A DNA stretch of 64,000 nucleotides, from NCBI GenBank assembly GCA_038087875.1, contig CM075981.1, positions 19,840,001 through 19,904,000 on the forward strand. The letters run 5' to 3'. Made by a program: the position numbers and the translations under genes. Positions within the stretch are counted from its first letter, which is position 1. Each line of letters begins with the position of its first letter. This DNA is from Malacoraja senta. Lineage: Eukaryota. Below the pieces are notes generated by a model. It was not told the DNA's origin. It saw only the letters and a program-made list of their open reading frames with translations, and made no database searches. Positions 22,501-33,749 of this stretch are shown piece after piece.

Positions 22501-25500
22501 ACCCCCCATCTGTCTGAAGAAGGGTTTCGGCCCGAAACGTTGCCTATTTCCTTCGCTCCATAGATGCTGCTGCACCCGCTGAGTTTCTCCAGCATTTTTG
22601 TGTACCTTCGATTTTCCAGCATCTGCAGTTCCTTCTTAAACACTCAAGTATATTGATCCTTGCATTGGCTGCTGCCAGCTCTGTCTCTAGTTCCAACTGT
22701 TCCATCTCTCTTTTCAACTGTTCCTCTTGTGCCTCAAACTCAAGCTTGGCATTGGTTGCTGCCAGCTCAGTCTCTCTTTTCATTTGCTCTTCTTGTGCCT
22801 CAAGGTTGTGCTTTTTTCCCCATGGTAGCAGCCCGGTCCAAGAGAGCAGCCCTAACTGCCTGAGCTTTAATACGAGCAGAGACCGTTGAAGATGCACATG
22901 ATGAGGGACTAGATTTGTGACTTAATTTAGGCTTTGAGACATTTGAAACACTCATCAAGTCCAATTTCATCTGAGTTTACAACACTCTGTTGTATGGCAC
23001 TTTCAGCTATGGAGTGTGTAGCTTGCTGTCCAATATCAGATAACCACACCTTTACATCTTGTATCAAGTCATTAAAAGTTTCCATTCTCAGTTCAAATCC
23101 CTGATTTTCCCTTTCAAGCTCCTTTTCAGGCAGTGGTACCTTCACATGGTTTTCACTGACTTCATAGAGCTTGATTAATTGAACCAAGTTAGATTGTACT
23201 TCATTTTCATTTCCCTTTGATTTCATGAGCTTTCAACTTTCCAATTAACTTGTTAGCTTGTTTACATATCGAGTTTCTTGTCTTCTGACACTTTTCCACG
23301 AACAAGTCCCAGCCTTTGTCAGTGTGTTTAATAACTCTTCTTTCCTTTTCAGAATTATTTCCAACATCGCCATCTTGTAACTGAACTTTAGACATACTTG
23401 TCCACTATCCCTTTAAGTCTCGTTGATGTGAAAGCCGTATGCCTGCGGCTGGTATTTCAAACGGCTGATATCGCTCTGATTCTCAAGGTCACTTCTCAAT
23501 TCTCCATTTTAGTAGCCGGTTTCCAATACAGCTTATATATAGCTTCACCAATAAAGCTTAATGCTCTCCCTGCGCGTCGGCTTTCGAGGTTTCCAATTTT
23601 CCGTTAGTCAGATTAGCGAAGGTGGCGACCGTAACCAGTTGATCGGGAATGGCGGCGTCAGGCTGGTGAAGTAAAACAATCCTTGTTCCCAGGTTTTCAC
23701 ATGCTCCAGTTTCACTGAGCTGGTTTTTCACTTAAATATAATGGCAACTTTCCCACTCGTCCAGTGTCCAGCTTTCCGTTGCCATTAGTAATGTAGGAGC
23801 GATCTTATGCAGATCAAATAGAACCGATTTTCCAGTCATTATTTAGTGGTTCTTTATTGAAGTGGTTGTACAAACAAAGAGATGAGTGTACCAGGTTTTC
23901 CTTATTCTGCATACAAGTTGTAGCTAGCTGTTCTTCCCGGTCTGGTGGTCTGGTGAAAAAACTATGCTCTCCACCCCTGTGCCCTGGTCTGCCCCTCCCT
24001 GTCCACAATGCCCTCTGTGCATTTAATGACCGCCGGTCAAGTGTCCAAAATAATACTGCAAAATTATCTAGCCAAAATAATATAATATGCCGACAGTAGC
24101 TAACCTAAACATAATTGCTCCTACACACCGGCCCCCAATTTTTGTCTTACGTATATAACGAACAATTACCAATAAACATTAAGTTATAAAACTTTTACAC
24201 TTCACCGCAACAAGACAGTCTCTCCCAATGAGGCTGTTCCCAATGGACTGCTCCGCTGGTGCCTGGCGTCATTTTGTACGCCACTAGGAACAGTCATCCA
24301 GGGATACTAACGGGAGAGAAGGAAGAAAGAGGGAGGGTAGAAGGAGAGAGCGATGGGGAGAAGGAAAGAGGAGAGGAGAAAGATGAGGAAAGTGAGGGGG
24401 AGAGGGGTGGACAAAGGAAACGAGACGGGGCGAGGTGGGTGTGGGCGGGCGGGAGGTACGAAGACGGGAAGCCACCTGGTACCTCTCATTAGGTCCTACT
24501 GTGTTCGACATCCTCTGATCCTCCACTCACTTCTTTCTCGGCAGCTGGACTGCAGGAGCCCGAGATCTGTTACGTTCTGGACGCCATTCTGTTCATCTAT
24601 GGGACGGTGTTAACGGCTCTGTACTGCCGTCTGAAGGTGAGTGGACAGCGAGTGGACAGCTAGCAATGAGATAGAATCCTAGTCTCTGGCGCTATAAGGC
24701 TGTAATGGTAAATCTGCTCTCTCACACTCAACACACTCGGCAACACCTCAACCCCAGCGCCCTGTTGTAACACCTCGACCCAGCTGTAAACACCAGTGGA
24801 GATATTGGTGTGGTATTGATACAGAGCGAAGGGTTGCTGGGGGACAGTGTGAGGGAACTTGGTCACGCTTGGAGATATAGTCAGTGACGCGGGGCGCTGG
24901 GAAGGTATTGGAAGAATGAAAGAATTTGGATGGATCTGTGGTTGGTACCATTGTATCCAATGAGTAACGGTGTGAAGGCGAGTTCCTCACTTGGCAAACA
25001 CGTTACGGGGTTGTAATGTAACGACAGACAATTCACTTTCCTTCGGACGAGGCTCGGAGTACAAGAGTAGGAGGGGGTGCATGATCCGTGCCCAACACCA
25101 GTTAGACCCCAGCCTGACCCTGGGGACAGTTCTGGTCACCATCTCCAGGAGAGACGGGTCACACTGGGCTAGGGATTTACCAGGACGTTGCCTGGACTGG
25201 AACTTTGTCACTGTGAGGAAAAATCGGAGAGGCTGAGTTGATTTCCGTGGACAGAGGGTTGTTGGGAGAAGTGGGGATTATGCAGATGTAACCAGGCACG
25301 TATTCTCTCTTTTAGGCACACTCTATCTCACACACTCAGAAGAGACACACATACTCACACGCAGTGTCACACGCACTCATACACACACAGACAGTCACAA
25401 ACTCACACACTCACAACATACACCGTTACACACGTCTCACCCTCAAACATTCTCTCACTCACTGCACAAGTGCTTCCCAAATTTGCAATGTCCAATTCTC

Positions 25501-27107
25501 ATTCACATCGACGGGGTGTGTGTGGAAGGGGCTCCGCTGGCTGGGGTGTCTGGAACCAGGGATCTCTGTTTCGGAGTGAAGGGGTCGGCATTTCAGGGCA
25601 GAGACGGATAGAAATGTCTTCCCCCCACTTTGGAATTCTCTCCCCCAGAGGCTGTGGGGACTCAGTCACTGAGGAGATTCCGGGCAGATCGCTGGGGTTT
25701 GGGATGTTGAGGAACCCGAGGGTTTGGGGGTTCGTGCGGGAGGGAGGAGCTGGAGGAAATTATCCGCCGTGGTCTCTCTCATTGAATGGGGCAGCAGAAA
25801 CGAGGGCCCGAGTGGCCTCTCCTGCTCTGTATCTCGTGTTCTGAAGGGCGGGGGGTGGCCGGCGCTGCCATCTTGCAACAATTACCCACGCACTGAAGGC
25901 TAACGTAAACCTTTCTCAATCAATCGACACAGATCTTGAATCGGAAGAAGGAAAATGCGGCGGCTGGGGAGTTAAATTATGAGGTGAGGCGAGAGCTTGG
26001 GCCGCGGGGAGGGGAGGGGGGGGGTGGCTGTCATCTGGCTGGATTTAGGAACAGACCCCCCACCCCCTCCCGATCGCGGGCCTGACACCTCAACCAAAGG
26101 CGGTGGGAGGGTTAATGCCACAGATGGGGAACGATGTGTGAATGGGCAAAGGGAGTGAGAGGGTTAATGTCACGGACTTTAACCGGTATCTGTGTCCCTG
26201 GCAGCACCTGCAGATAGGAACCAAGGACATCTATGAGGAGATAAAGGGAGAAAAACGGACTGGTGGCGGTGGAAAAAAGGTGAGTCCTGATCAAATGACG
26301 GCCGTATGTGACGGGACAGTGTAGCGGGAGCTTCACCCCGTGTCTGCCAGTGTGTGGCAGATGGTGCGGTTGTTGCAAGCACTTAGTTAGTTATTTTTCT
26401 CACTTTCTTCTCTCCCCACAGCAAGAAGAGGGCATTTACACGGTATGGACATGGTCTTTTTTGCTCCGCATATGTCTCTCGGCCAATCTCCCTCTCCCTC
26501 TCCCTCTGCTCTCTCTCTCTCTCGCTCTCATCCCTGCCTCCGCTAACTTAATAACTGTCTGACTCTCTCACCCCCTCTCCCCCTCGCATTTTCGTGTCTT
26601 TCTGTTGTATCTTTTCACTGGTTTCCGCTCTATCCATGTTTTCCACTTCATCACTTTCTTCGTCTCTCAAGATCTCCCTTTCTTTCACTATTTTTGTGTG
26701 CTCATCTCTGAATTTATCTAACTCTCTTCCACTTTTTCCCACACTACCACCCTCTCTCTCTCTTTCTCACTTTTTTTTCTCTCCATCCTTCTCTGTCCAC
26801 CTCTCTCACTCCCACCCTCTCCCTCTCACCCTCTCCCTTCCTAGCTTTCCCCTCGTCCCACCCCCTCTCTACCCGCCTCTCCTCCTCCCTGCTTCCCAGT
26901 TGATCTCTAACCCCATTCCCCCTCTCTCTGCTCACCTCTCTCTCCACTCCTCCCCCTACCCCCCCCCCCTCTCTCCAACCACCCCCTCCGCCCCCCACCC
27001 CCCATCTCAGTTTGTATCTAACCCTTCTCTCTCTCCCCCAGGGTCTGGGAGAGCACCATGTTGATACGTACGAATCTCTGCAGCGCCAGGTCCCTGGAAG
27101 GAAGTAG
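16512..27107 (+). CDS. FCER1G: Fc receptor common gamma chain (FcR-gamma) homolog, 6 exons, 116 aa, two ITAMs
   Basis: [118 protein letters not shown] CxxLD..YCRLK signature; 92-nt exon 2 and 21-nt penultimate exon as in human FCER1G; immediately downstream of NDUFS2 as in mammals. Confidence 0.93.
16740..16960. repeat. Degenerate C-rich minisatellite in FCER1G intron 1
   Basis: Recurring ccctgtaacc / ccctgcccta. Confidence 0.75.
18110..18720 (+). mobile_element. Rex1/Babar LINE 3' fragment
   Basis: [13 protein letters not shown]...DLY..KC..RA..I..DPYH...LFQLL.SG.R; cttgacttga tail. Confidence 0.88.
22167..22642. mobile_element. Penelope-like element ends in inverted arrangement, inserted in the BEL gag
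   Basis: ~215-bp inverted arms; flanking duplication ctcaagta(c/t)att at 22155-22166 and 22643-22654. Confidence 0.85.
22514..22543 (+). ncRNA. Minimal hammerhead ribozyme core (Penelope-associated)
   Basis: CTGAAGA-A-GGG TTTCGG CCC-GAAAC GTT; helix I pairing weak, triplet GUU. Confidence 0.5.
24545..24636 (+). CDS. FCER1G: FCER1G exon 2 (short ectodomain + TM)
   Basis: cag|ct gga ... ctg aag|gtgagt; (A)[30 protein letters not shown]. Confidence 0.96.
25933..25983 (+). CDS. FCER1G: FCER1G exon 3
   Basis: cag|atc ... tat gag|gtgagg; [17 protein letters not shown]. Confidence 0.88.
26205..26279 (+). CDS. FCER1G: FCER1G extra exon completing ITAM1 (alternative acceptor at 26214)
   Basis: gcag|cac ctg cag ata ... 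aaa aag|gtgagt; [25 protein letters not shown]; phase 0/0. Confidence 0.82.
26422..26442 (+). CDS. FCER1G: FCER1G 21-nt exon
   Basis: cag|caa gaa gag ggc att tac acg|gtatgg; QEEGIYT (human KSDGVYT). Confidence 0.92.
27042..27107 (+). CDS. FCER1G: FCER1G last coding exon
   Basis: cag|ggt ctg ... aag tag tga; [21 protein letters not shown]. Confidence 0.93.
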   Translation, partial: GLGEHHVDTYESLQRQVPGRK

Positions 27108-27666
27108 TGATGCTGCCGATCGCTGGGGCTTGTGTGTGTGTGGGGGGTGGGGCTGTGGGGAGGGGTGGGTAGTGTAGGTGGGAGTGTGGGGATGGGAGTG
27201 TGGGGATGGGAGTGCGGGTGCGGGTGGATGTATGGGGTGGGATTGGGAGTGTTGGGGTTGGGGTGGGACTGGGAGGGTAGGGTAACTGTTCATGATCACC
27301 CAGTCTTCAGCATCAAGACCGCGATGCCCAACATGTTTTGTGCGATTGCAGGAATTGCTCGTCCTTCCTCCTACACCTGGAGGCTCTTAAGCCCCTCGAG
27401 TCTGTCACCTGGGGACAGCAAGGCCATTCAGCCTCTTTCATTCCTCCAACAAAGGTGTGGAAGGAAGCTGGTCTGCTCTGTGACTGGGTGGAGGGAACGC
27501 GGGGACTGTGGGATCTTGTTAAAGAATATTTACATCATATGGGTGGGGTTAGTAACGCTTTGAATCGTGGAGGCAGGAGGTGAGTCACACCTGGTTGAAT
27601 AGATTGATGAACAACTGTCATTTCAGTCATTCGCTGCTCTTGGTTTTATGTGGGTTTATCTTGTGT

Positions 27667-27672
27667 AATAAA
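27667..27672 (+). terminator. Candidate FCER1G polyadenylation signal
   Basis: First AATAAA I noticed after the stop, about 560 nt downstream. Confidence 0.5.
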
Positions 27673-28440
27673 TGTAGCCTTGCAATGGTCTGGTGGTCAA
27701 GTGTCATTATTATCAAGAGGCTTCACTCCAGGCTGGGGGTTGAATCAATAGGCACAGGGTGTGGCCTCTCTCTAAACTCCCAGGCCCAAGCTTTGTGGCC
27801 TCACACTAAACTTCAACCTCTGATCCTACCTCAGCAACGAAACATTATTGATCACCTCTTCCTCTACCATGGTCTATGCACATGTGATGCTGCTGTAAGC
27901 AAGATTTACACTGCACCCGCACCTCACCGTATTTGAACAACTTACAGTGAAGCCGACTCGAGGCCTAGCTCTAAATCTAAGGCTCAGACTTTGTGGTTTA
28001 GCTCTATTAAACAGCCCAGGGTTTTGGTGACACAAGAGACTTGAGCAAAATGTTGTGTTAGAGGAACTCTACAGGCAGGCCAGCATCAGTGGAGAGAAAT
28101 GGGCAGATGATGTTTTGGGTTGGGACTTTTCTTCAGACTGATGGTGTAGAGGGGAGATAGGTTGTAAAAGGTGAGTGGAAGAAGTGGGGCAGGAGTCGGC
28201 AAATGATAGGTAGATTCAAGTGAGGAGAGGTTAATTGGCAGATTGGTCATGTGGGAGAGAGAAGAGTGGAGATAGTAACCAATCCAGAATGTCTGAAGTG
28301 GAAAACGTAAAGGGGCTGTACGATGGTGGAATTGATAAGGAAGAGAATCAAGAGTGTTTAATTGGCATATGTACCAACCGCAGAATAATGAAATTCTCAC
28401 TGGCAGCAACATAACACCTCTGTACACAATACACATATAT

Positions 28441-28662
28441 CAGGGGTACCCAACTTTTTTTGTCCCTGGCAATTTTAATAGCACATAACAATGTCATTTC
28501 ACTTATTTATGAACTGATGATGAAGAGATACCAGTATACCAGAACCAAACACACTCAGTCAATGAGAAAAAATATGTACAAATCCAGAATCAACAAATGT
28601 ACCCTCTGGGTAGGCGGAATTTACCCCCTGGGGATAAATTGACCCCAGGTTGGGAACCCTTG
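28441..28662. mobile_element. hAT (Charlie-like) MITE
   Basis: TIRs caggggtacccaac / gttgggaacccttg; degenerate 8-bp TSD acatatat / gcatagat. Confidence 0.75.
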
Positions 28663-28699
28663 GCATAGATGATATATAATATACAAAAAAACAACAATA

Positions 28700-29150
28700 A
28701 ATGAATAGCTCTAATACCAGGAGAAAACAATCCAACATCCATTGTTCATAGTTGAGATGAATGTTGTGTCATATTCATGAGCTTGATGTTTTTTGGGAAG
28801 AAGCTATTCTTAAAGCTGGTGGCCATAATTTTCAGACTCCAACACCTACCTCCCAGTGTTAGGAGTAGGAAATTAGAGCATGACCAAGGTAATGTGGATC
28901 TTTGATGATGCCGGCTGCCTTTTGAGGCAGATCCTTCTATGATGGGAAGGTTAGTACTTGTCATGGACCATGCAGTGTTTACCACTTTTTGCAATCTCCT
29001 TTATTCTTGGACTCGAGTTGCTGAACCAGGCCACAATGCAACCAGGCAATGTGCTCTCTATCATACACTTCTGGAAGTTCAAGAGAGTATTCATCAACAT
29101 ACTGAATCTCCTCAATTTTCTCAGGAAGTAGAGGTATTGATGTTTTTTTC
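28700..29150 (-). mobile_element. Rex1/Babar fragment
   Basis: MQKVVNTAWSMT.TNLP.IE...SFKNSFFP..IKLMN on the minus strand. Confidence 0.75.
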
Positions 29151-29229
29151 TTTATGATTACATCAATGTGCTGAGCCTAGGACAGATCTTGGGAGATGTG
29201 CACACCCAGGAATTTGTTGTTAATTCTCC

Positions 29230-29810
29230 TTTGAAGAAGGTAGGCTCGCGGCGATCATTTAGCTGAACACCTTCGCTCAGTGTGCCTGGGCCTACGCGAT
29301 CTGCAGGTTGCTAAATACTTTAACTCCCCCTCCCATTCCCATACTGACCTGTCTGTCATGGGCCTCCTCCACTGTCAGAGTGAGGCCATCGCAAATTGGA
29401 GGAACAGCACCTCATATTTCACTTGGGCAGCTTGCAACCCAGTGGTAAGAAGATTGATTTCTCCAACTTCAAGTAGCCCTTGCTTTCTCTCTCTCTCCCT
29501 GCCCCATACCCCCACCCTAGTTCTCTGATGTTTCACTGTCCTCCTGATTAATTTTGCTATTTGTATACCTCATTGTCCCTTCCCCTCAGCCAACAATGAA
29601 CCATTCTATATTTCCTTGATCATCGTCTGCTTTGATCTGTCATTTTTGCACCTTACCCTTCCATATCTCTCGATTCCCTCGTCCCTGACTCTCAGTCTGA
29701 AGAAGGGTCTTGACCTCAAATGTTGCTCATCTTTCTCTCCAGAGTTGCTGCCTGTCCCACTGAATTACTCCAGCATTTTGTACCTATCTTTGATTTTAAC
29801 CAGCATCTCC
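29230..29810 (+). mobile_element. Penelope-like element 3' fragment
   Basis: KLEEQHLIFHLGSLQPSGKKIDFSNFK* ORF end, followed by ctgaagaagggtc and the PLE tail. Confidence 0.85.
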
Positions 29811-30959
29811 CTCCTGTACTCTAAATCATCTTTACTCGTTATTCATCCAATACCTGGTGTCATCGGCAAATGTAAACACTGTGTTGGAACAGACTCTGGC
29901 TACACAGTCATGGGTGTAGCGTGAGTAGAACAGGAGACTGAGCACACAGCCCTGAGGCCCCTCTTTAGATGGTTATTGAGGAGGAAGTGTTATTGTCAAT
30001 TCAATATGATTGTGGTCTGCCAATGAGGAAGTTGAGGCTACAGTTGTGTAAGGATGAACAGAGACCCAGTTCCTGAGTTTAAGGAACGGTGAGGAATCTA
30101 ACGTGGAACCGGAGTTGAGGTGTAGTTGGTATACAGGAACGGGGAGGGGATAGGAGGAGATAGGGATGGGTATTAAGCAGGAGTGGAATGGAATGGTGCG
30201 GGGGAAGTGGAGAGAAAGATGTGTGTGAGGGTTGCATGGACTCCTCCAGTCCAGAGTGGTGGAACAGCACTTTATATTCTGTTTGGGTAGCTGACAACCC
30301 AACCGCATGAAATTGAATTCTCCAGTTTCATGGAATCACCCTCCCCAACGCCAACCCCTCTCCTTCTGATCCTCACCCTTATCCTTCCACGCATTTCATG
30401 GCAGCCCACAAACCCAGAAATGACCTGAGGTTAAAGTAGGAGGAGCGGGTGAGATTGGAAGTGACTGGGCGATGTCAGGATGGTGGTGGAATTGGCAGAG
30501 TAAAGGTGAGGTGGACTTGACAGGAAGACGGCATGGAGGGCTAGGTAGAGTGAGCCAGGAGCAGGGTCGGACAGAGCATCCTGCAGTGAAGCAAGTGGGG
30601 CGCTACAGTAATCGGCCGCGGGCTGGCAGTGTGAGGGCAGGGCAACAGCTCGGGTCATATCGTTTTCAGCGTCAAGACCTCTGAATTTTCTTTAAATCCA
30701 ATGATACAGGGACTATGACTACCCTTTGACAGCAGGTGGCGGTGTTATCCCCCCTTTACCCTTCACAGTGAAGCTGTCAAGGAACAGGGTGGGGGTGGTT
30801 CGCAGTGGGAGAAGACCACCACCTTTTGGTTCCGGCTGCAGTTTCATGGTGGGAACCATCCTGTGGCGGGCAGTGATATGCACAGTCCTGCAATAATGTG
30901 TGGGAGGATGTCCCAGGTATGGAGGGTGACACTGGCCCTTGTTTGACACAGTGACACTG

Positions 30960-32805
30960 GCAATAGATCAGTGAATGACACAGTCAACCTAGGTCTGCAC
31001 TTCATCCGCCAGCACCTAGGCCAGCACTTCATCCGCCAGCACCTAGGCCACCAGGGGACCTATGCAAGGATTTTGTTTGTGGATTTTAGCTCTACGATCA
31101 ACACCATTGTGCCAGAGCTACTACACTCCAAACTCTCCCAGTTGACTGCATCTGAACCCCTGTCAGTGGATCACCAACTACCTGACAGACAGGAAGCAGC
31201 ATTTGAGGCTGGGAAAGCACATCTCGGACCTGCTGACCCTCAGCACAGGAGCACGCAAGGCTGCGTACTCTCCCCTCTCCTTTACTCTCTCTACACCACC
31301 GATTGCACCTCCACAGACTCCTCCGTCAAGCTTCTCAAGTTTGCGGATGGCACAACCCTGATTGGACTGATCCAGGATGGGGAGGAATCTGCCTACAGAC
31401 AGGAAGTGACACAACTGGCGTCCTGGTGTCATTGTAAGATGGCACCAGGAGAAGAGGAGTTCATAACAAGAGGAGTTGAGTATAGAAGCAAAGAGGTCCT
31501 TCTGCAGTTGTACAGGGCCCTAGTGAGACCACACCTGGAGTATTGTGTGCAGTTTTGGTCCCCTAATTTGAGGAAGGACATTCTTGCTATTGAGGGAGTG
31601 TAGCGAGGTTCACAAGGTTAATTCCCGGAATGGTGGGACAATCATATGTTGATAGAATGGAACTGCTGGGCTCTGGAGTTTAGAAGGATGAGAGGGTATC
31701 TTATTGAAACATATAAGATTATTAAGGGTTTGGACACGCTAGAGGCAGGAAACATGTTCCCGATGTTGGGGGAGTCCAGATCCAGGGGCCACAGTTTAAG
31801 AATAAGGGGTAAGCCATTTAGAACGGAGATGAGGAAAAACTTTTTCGCACAGAGAGTTGTGAATCTGTGAATTCTCTGCCTCAGAAGTCTGTCGAGGCCA
31901 ACTCTCTGGATGCTTTCAAGAGAGAGTTAGATAGAGCTCTTAAAGATAGCTGAGTCAGGGGATATTGGGAGAAGGCAGGAACGGGGTACAGATTGTGGAT
32001 GATCAGCCATGTTCACAGTGAATGGCGGAGCTGGCTCGAAGGGCCGAATGGCCTATTCCTGCACCTATTGTCTATTGCAACAACCTGGAGCTCAATGCTC
32101 TTAAGACAGTGGAATTGATTGAAGACTTTAGGGGAGCTCCCCCTCCCCTCCCCCCCATTCACCATCAACAACATCACAGTCACATCTGTGGAGTCATTTA
32201 AGTTCCTTGGAACCATCATCTCCAGGGACCTTAAATGGGCCATCAAAAAGGCCCAACAGAGAATGTACTTCCTGCGGCATCAGTGAAAACACAATCTGCC
32301 ACAGGCAATGATGGTCCAGTTTTATACTGCCATCATAGAGTCTGTCCTCACCTTCTCCATCATGGTCTGGTTTGGCTCAGCCACCAAGCATGACATCTGG
32401 AGGCGGCAGCACCTGGTTGGATTAGCTGAGAAGGTTGATCGTCCCTGACTACTCTCACCCTGGCCACAAACTCTTTGAATCACTTCCCTCTGGAAGGCGA
32501 CTCCGGACTGTCAAAGCCGCCACAGCCAGACATAAAAACAGCTTTTTTTCCACGAGCAGTAGCTCTACTCAACAGCCAAAAGTCTGTAGCCTCCTTGTGC
32601 TGTGGTATTTTATTTCATTCTTCACATGTTTAAATTTTTTATTTTAAATAAAACAATGTTTTATTTTTAATTGTCTACTGTATACTGTGTTGTTATTTGC
32701 GAGCAAAACACCAAGGCAAATTCTTAGTATGTATACATAATTGGCTAATAAAATATATATTCAATTCAATTCAATTCGGTGCAATGCAATGCAATGCAAT
32801 GCAAT
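30960..32805 (+). mobile_element. Rex1/Babar LINE interrupted by a CR1 fragment (~31435-32075)
   Basis: ARILFVDFSS, QGCVLSPLLYSLYT, KFAD; resumes with NNLELN after the CR1; (CAATT/CAATG)n tail. Confidence 0.9.
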
Positions 32806-33239
32806 TATACTCTGAGATTATTGGGCCATTCTCTGGAAAGTGGACTAAAATGCCACACACGTGACCAGATGGCATCACATAAAGTAATACATTAAAAAAC
32901 TCTTGTAAGAGATTAATCTTATTCATTGCTATTTTCCTACCTTCAGAACTATAATGCATGTCTGTTAAACATATGAACATTCTAGCTCTTTAAAATTCAC
33001 AGTTTGCAAGATAAAACTGAGATGAAAAAAATGCTTCTGTGTGAGGTCACATACATGACCAGTCATATTTGACCTCTAACCCTGAACAAACATTGTCAGC
33101 ACAACAAAAATTTCACTTGATAAACTTTGAAAAAAATATGAATCATATATATGGTACAAAACAATATTCCTGTAATGCTTTCATAATTAGAAGAGATGTA
33201 TTCCACAATTGTCCATATTTTGGTCACACACGTGACTAA

Positions 33240-33735
33240 GATTGGGAGGGGGGGCCTATTGTAAATGGGGATGGGGATGGTTCATGAAATCTCCCTCAAG
33301 ACGACTCCAGATAGACTCTGTGTCTCAGGTCTGACTCCTGGGGAGAGGGGTGCCCCACCCTGATGCCATCAGCCAGTCTGGGATGGCCCCGCTGATCCTG
33401 GGGGTGAGACTGAGGCAGAGGTAAGACCAGCGGATCCAGACAGGGAATCAGGTGCACTGGGTGGGACAGGTGTACCAGCCAAACAGTGACAGGTGCTGGG
33501 ATCTAGTGTACTTCTGACATGAAGATCACCATCACCAGCCTATATGTGAACGGCAATGGAGGGTCTATGCAGATGTAACATTCCTTTGGTCCTTAGGAAT
33601 GGGAAACTGTTATGGCCCTACTGCAGGAAACCCATGCCATCCATCCAGGAAGACGTCCAACTGGTCCATCGAGAGGCCATAGGGGTCTACATGTGAGGTG
33701 GCTATTTTGTTAACCCTAACTCCAGCAGGAAGCCT
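33240..33735 (+). mobile_element. Tx1-clade fragment (ORF1 end / ORF2 endonuclease start)
   Basis: MKITITSLYVNG...LLQETH...VAILL, degenerate. Confidence 0.65.
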
Positions 33736-33749
33736 TGAAGGTCAAGCCA

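Larger units (their letters stand above)
20388..24199 (-). mobile_element. Degenerate BEL/Pao LTR retrotransposon (gag + start of pol; putative 5' LTR ~23790-24199)
   Basis: [16 protein letters not shown] gag region, zinc knuckles [14 protein letters not shown] and [28 protein letters not shown]; minus-strand TGTAAAAG start at 24199 (LTR limits uncertain). Confidence 0.85.

Noticed and set aside
16512-27107. Calling the multi-ITAM gene CD247
   Set aside because: TM has DAILF and YCRLK (FcR-gamma type), has the 21-nt exon, only two ITAMs found, and it is adjacent to NDUFS2.
30998-31046. 24-bp tandem duplication (HFIRQHLG x2)
   Set aside because: Slippage within a dead Rex1 copy; no functional implication.
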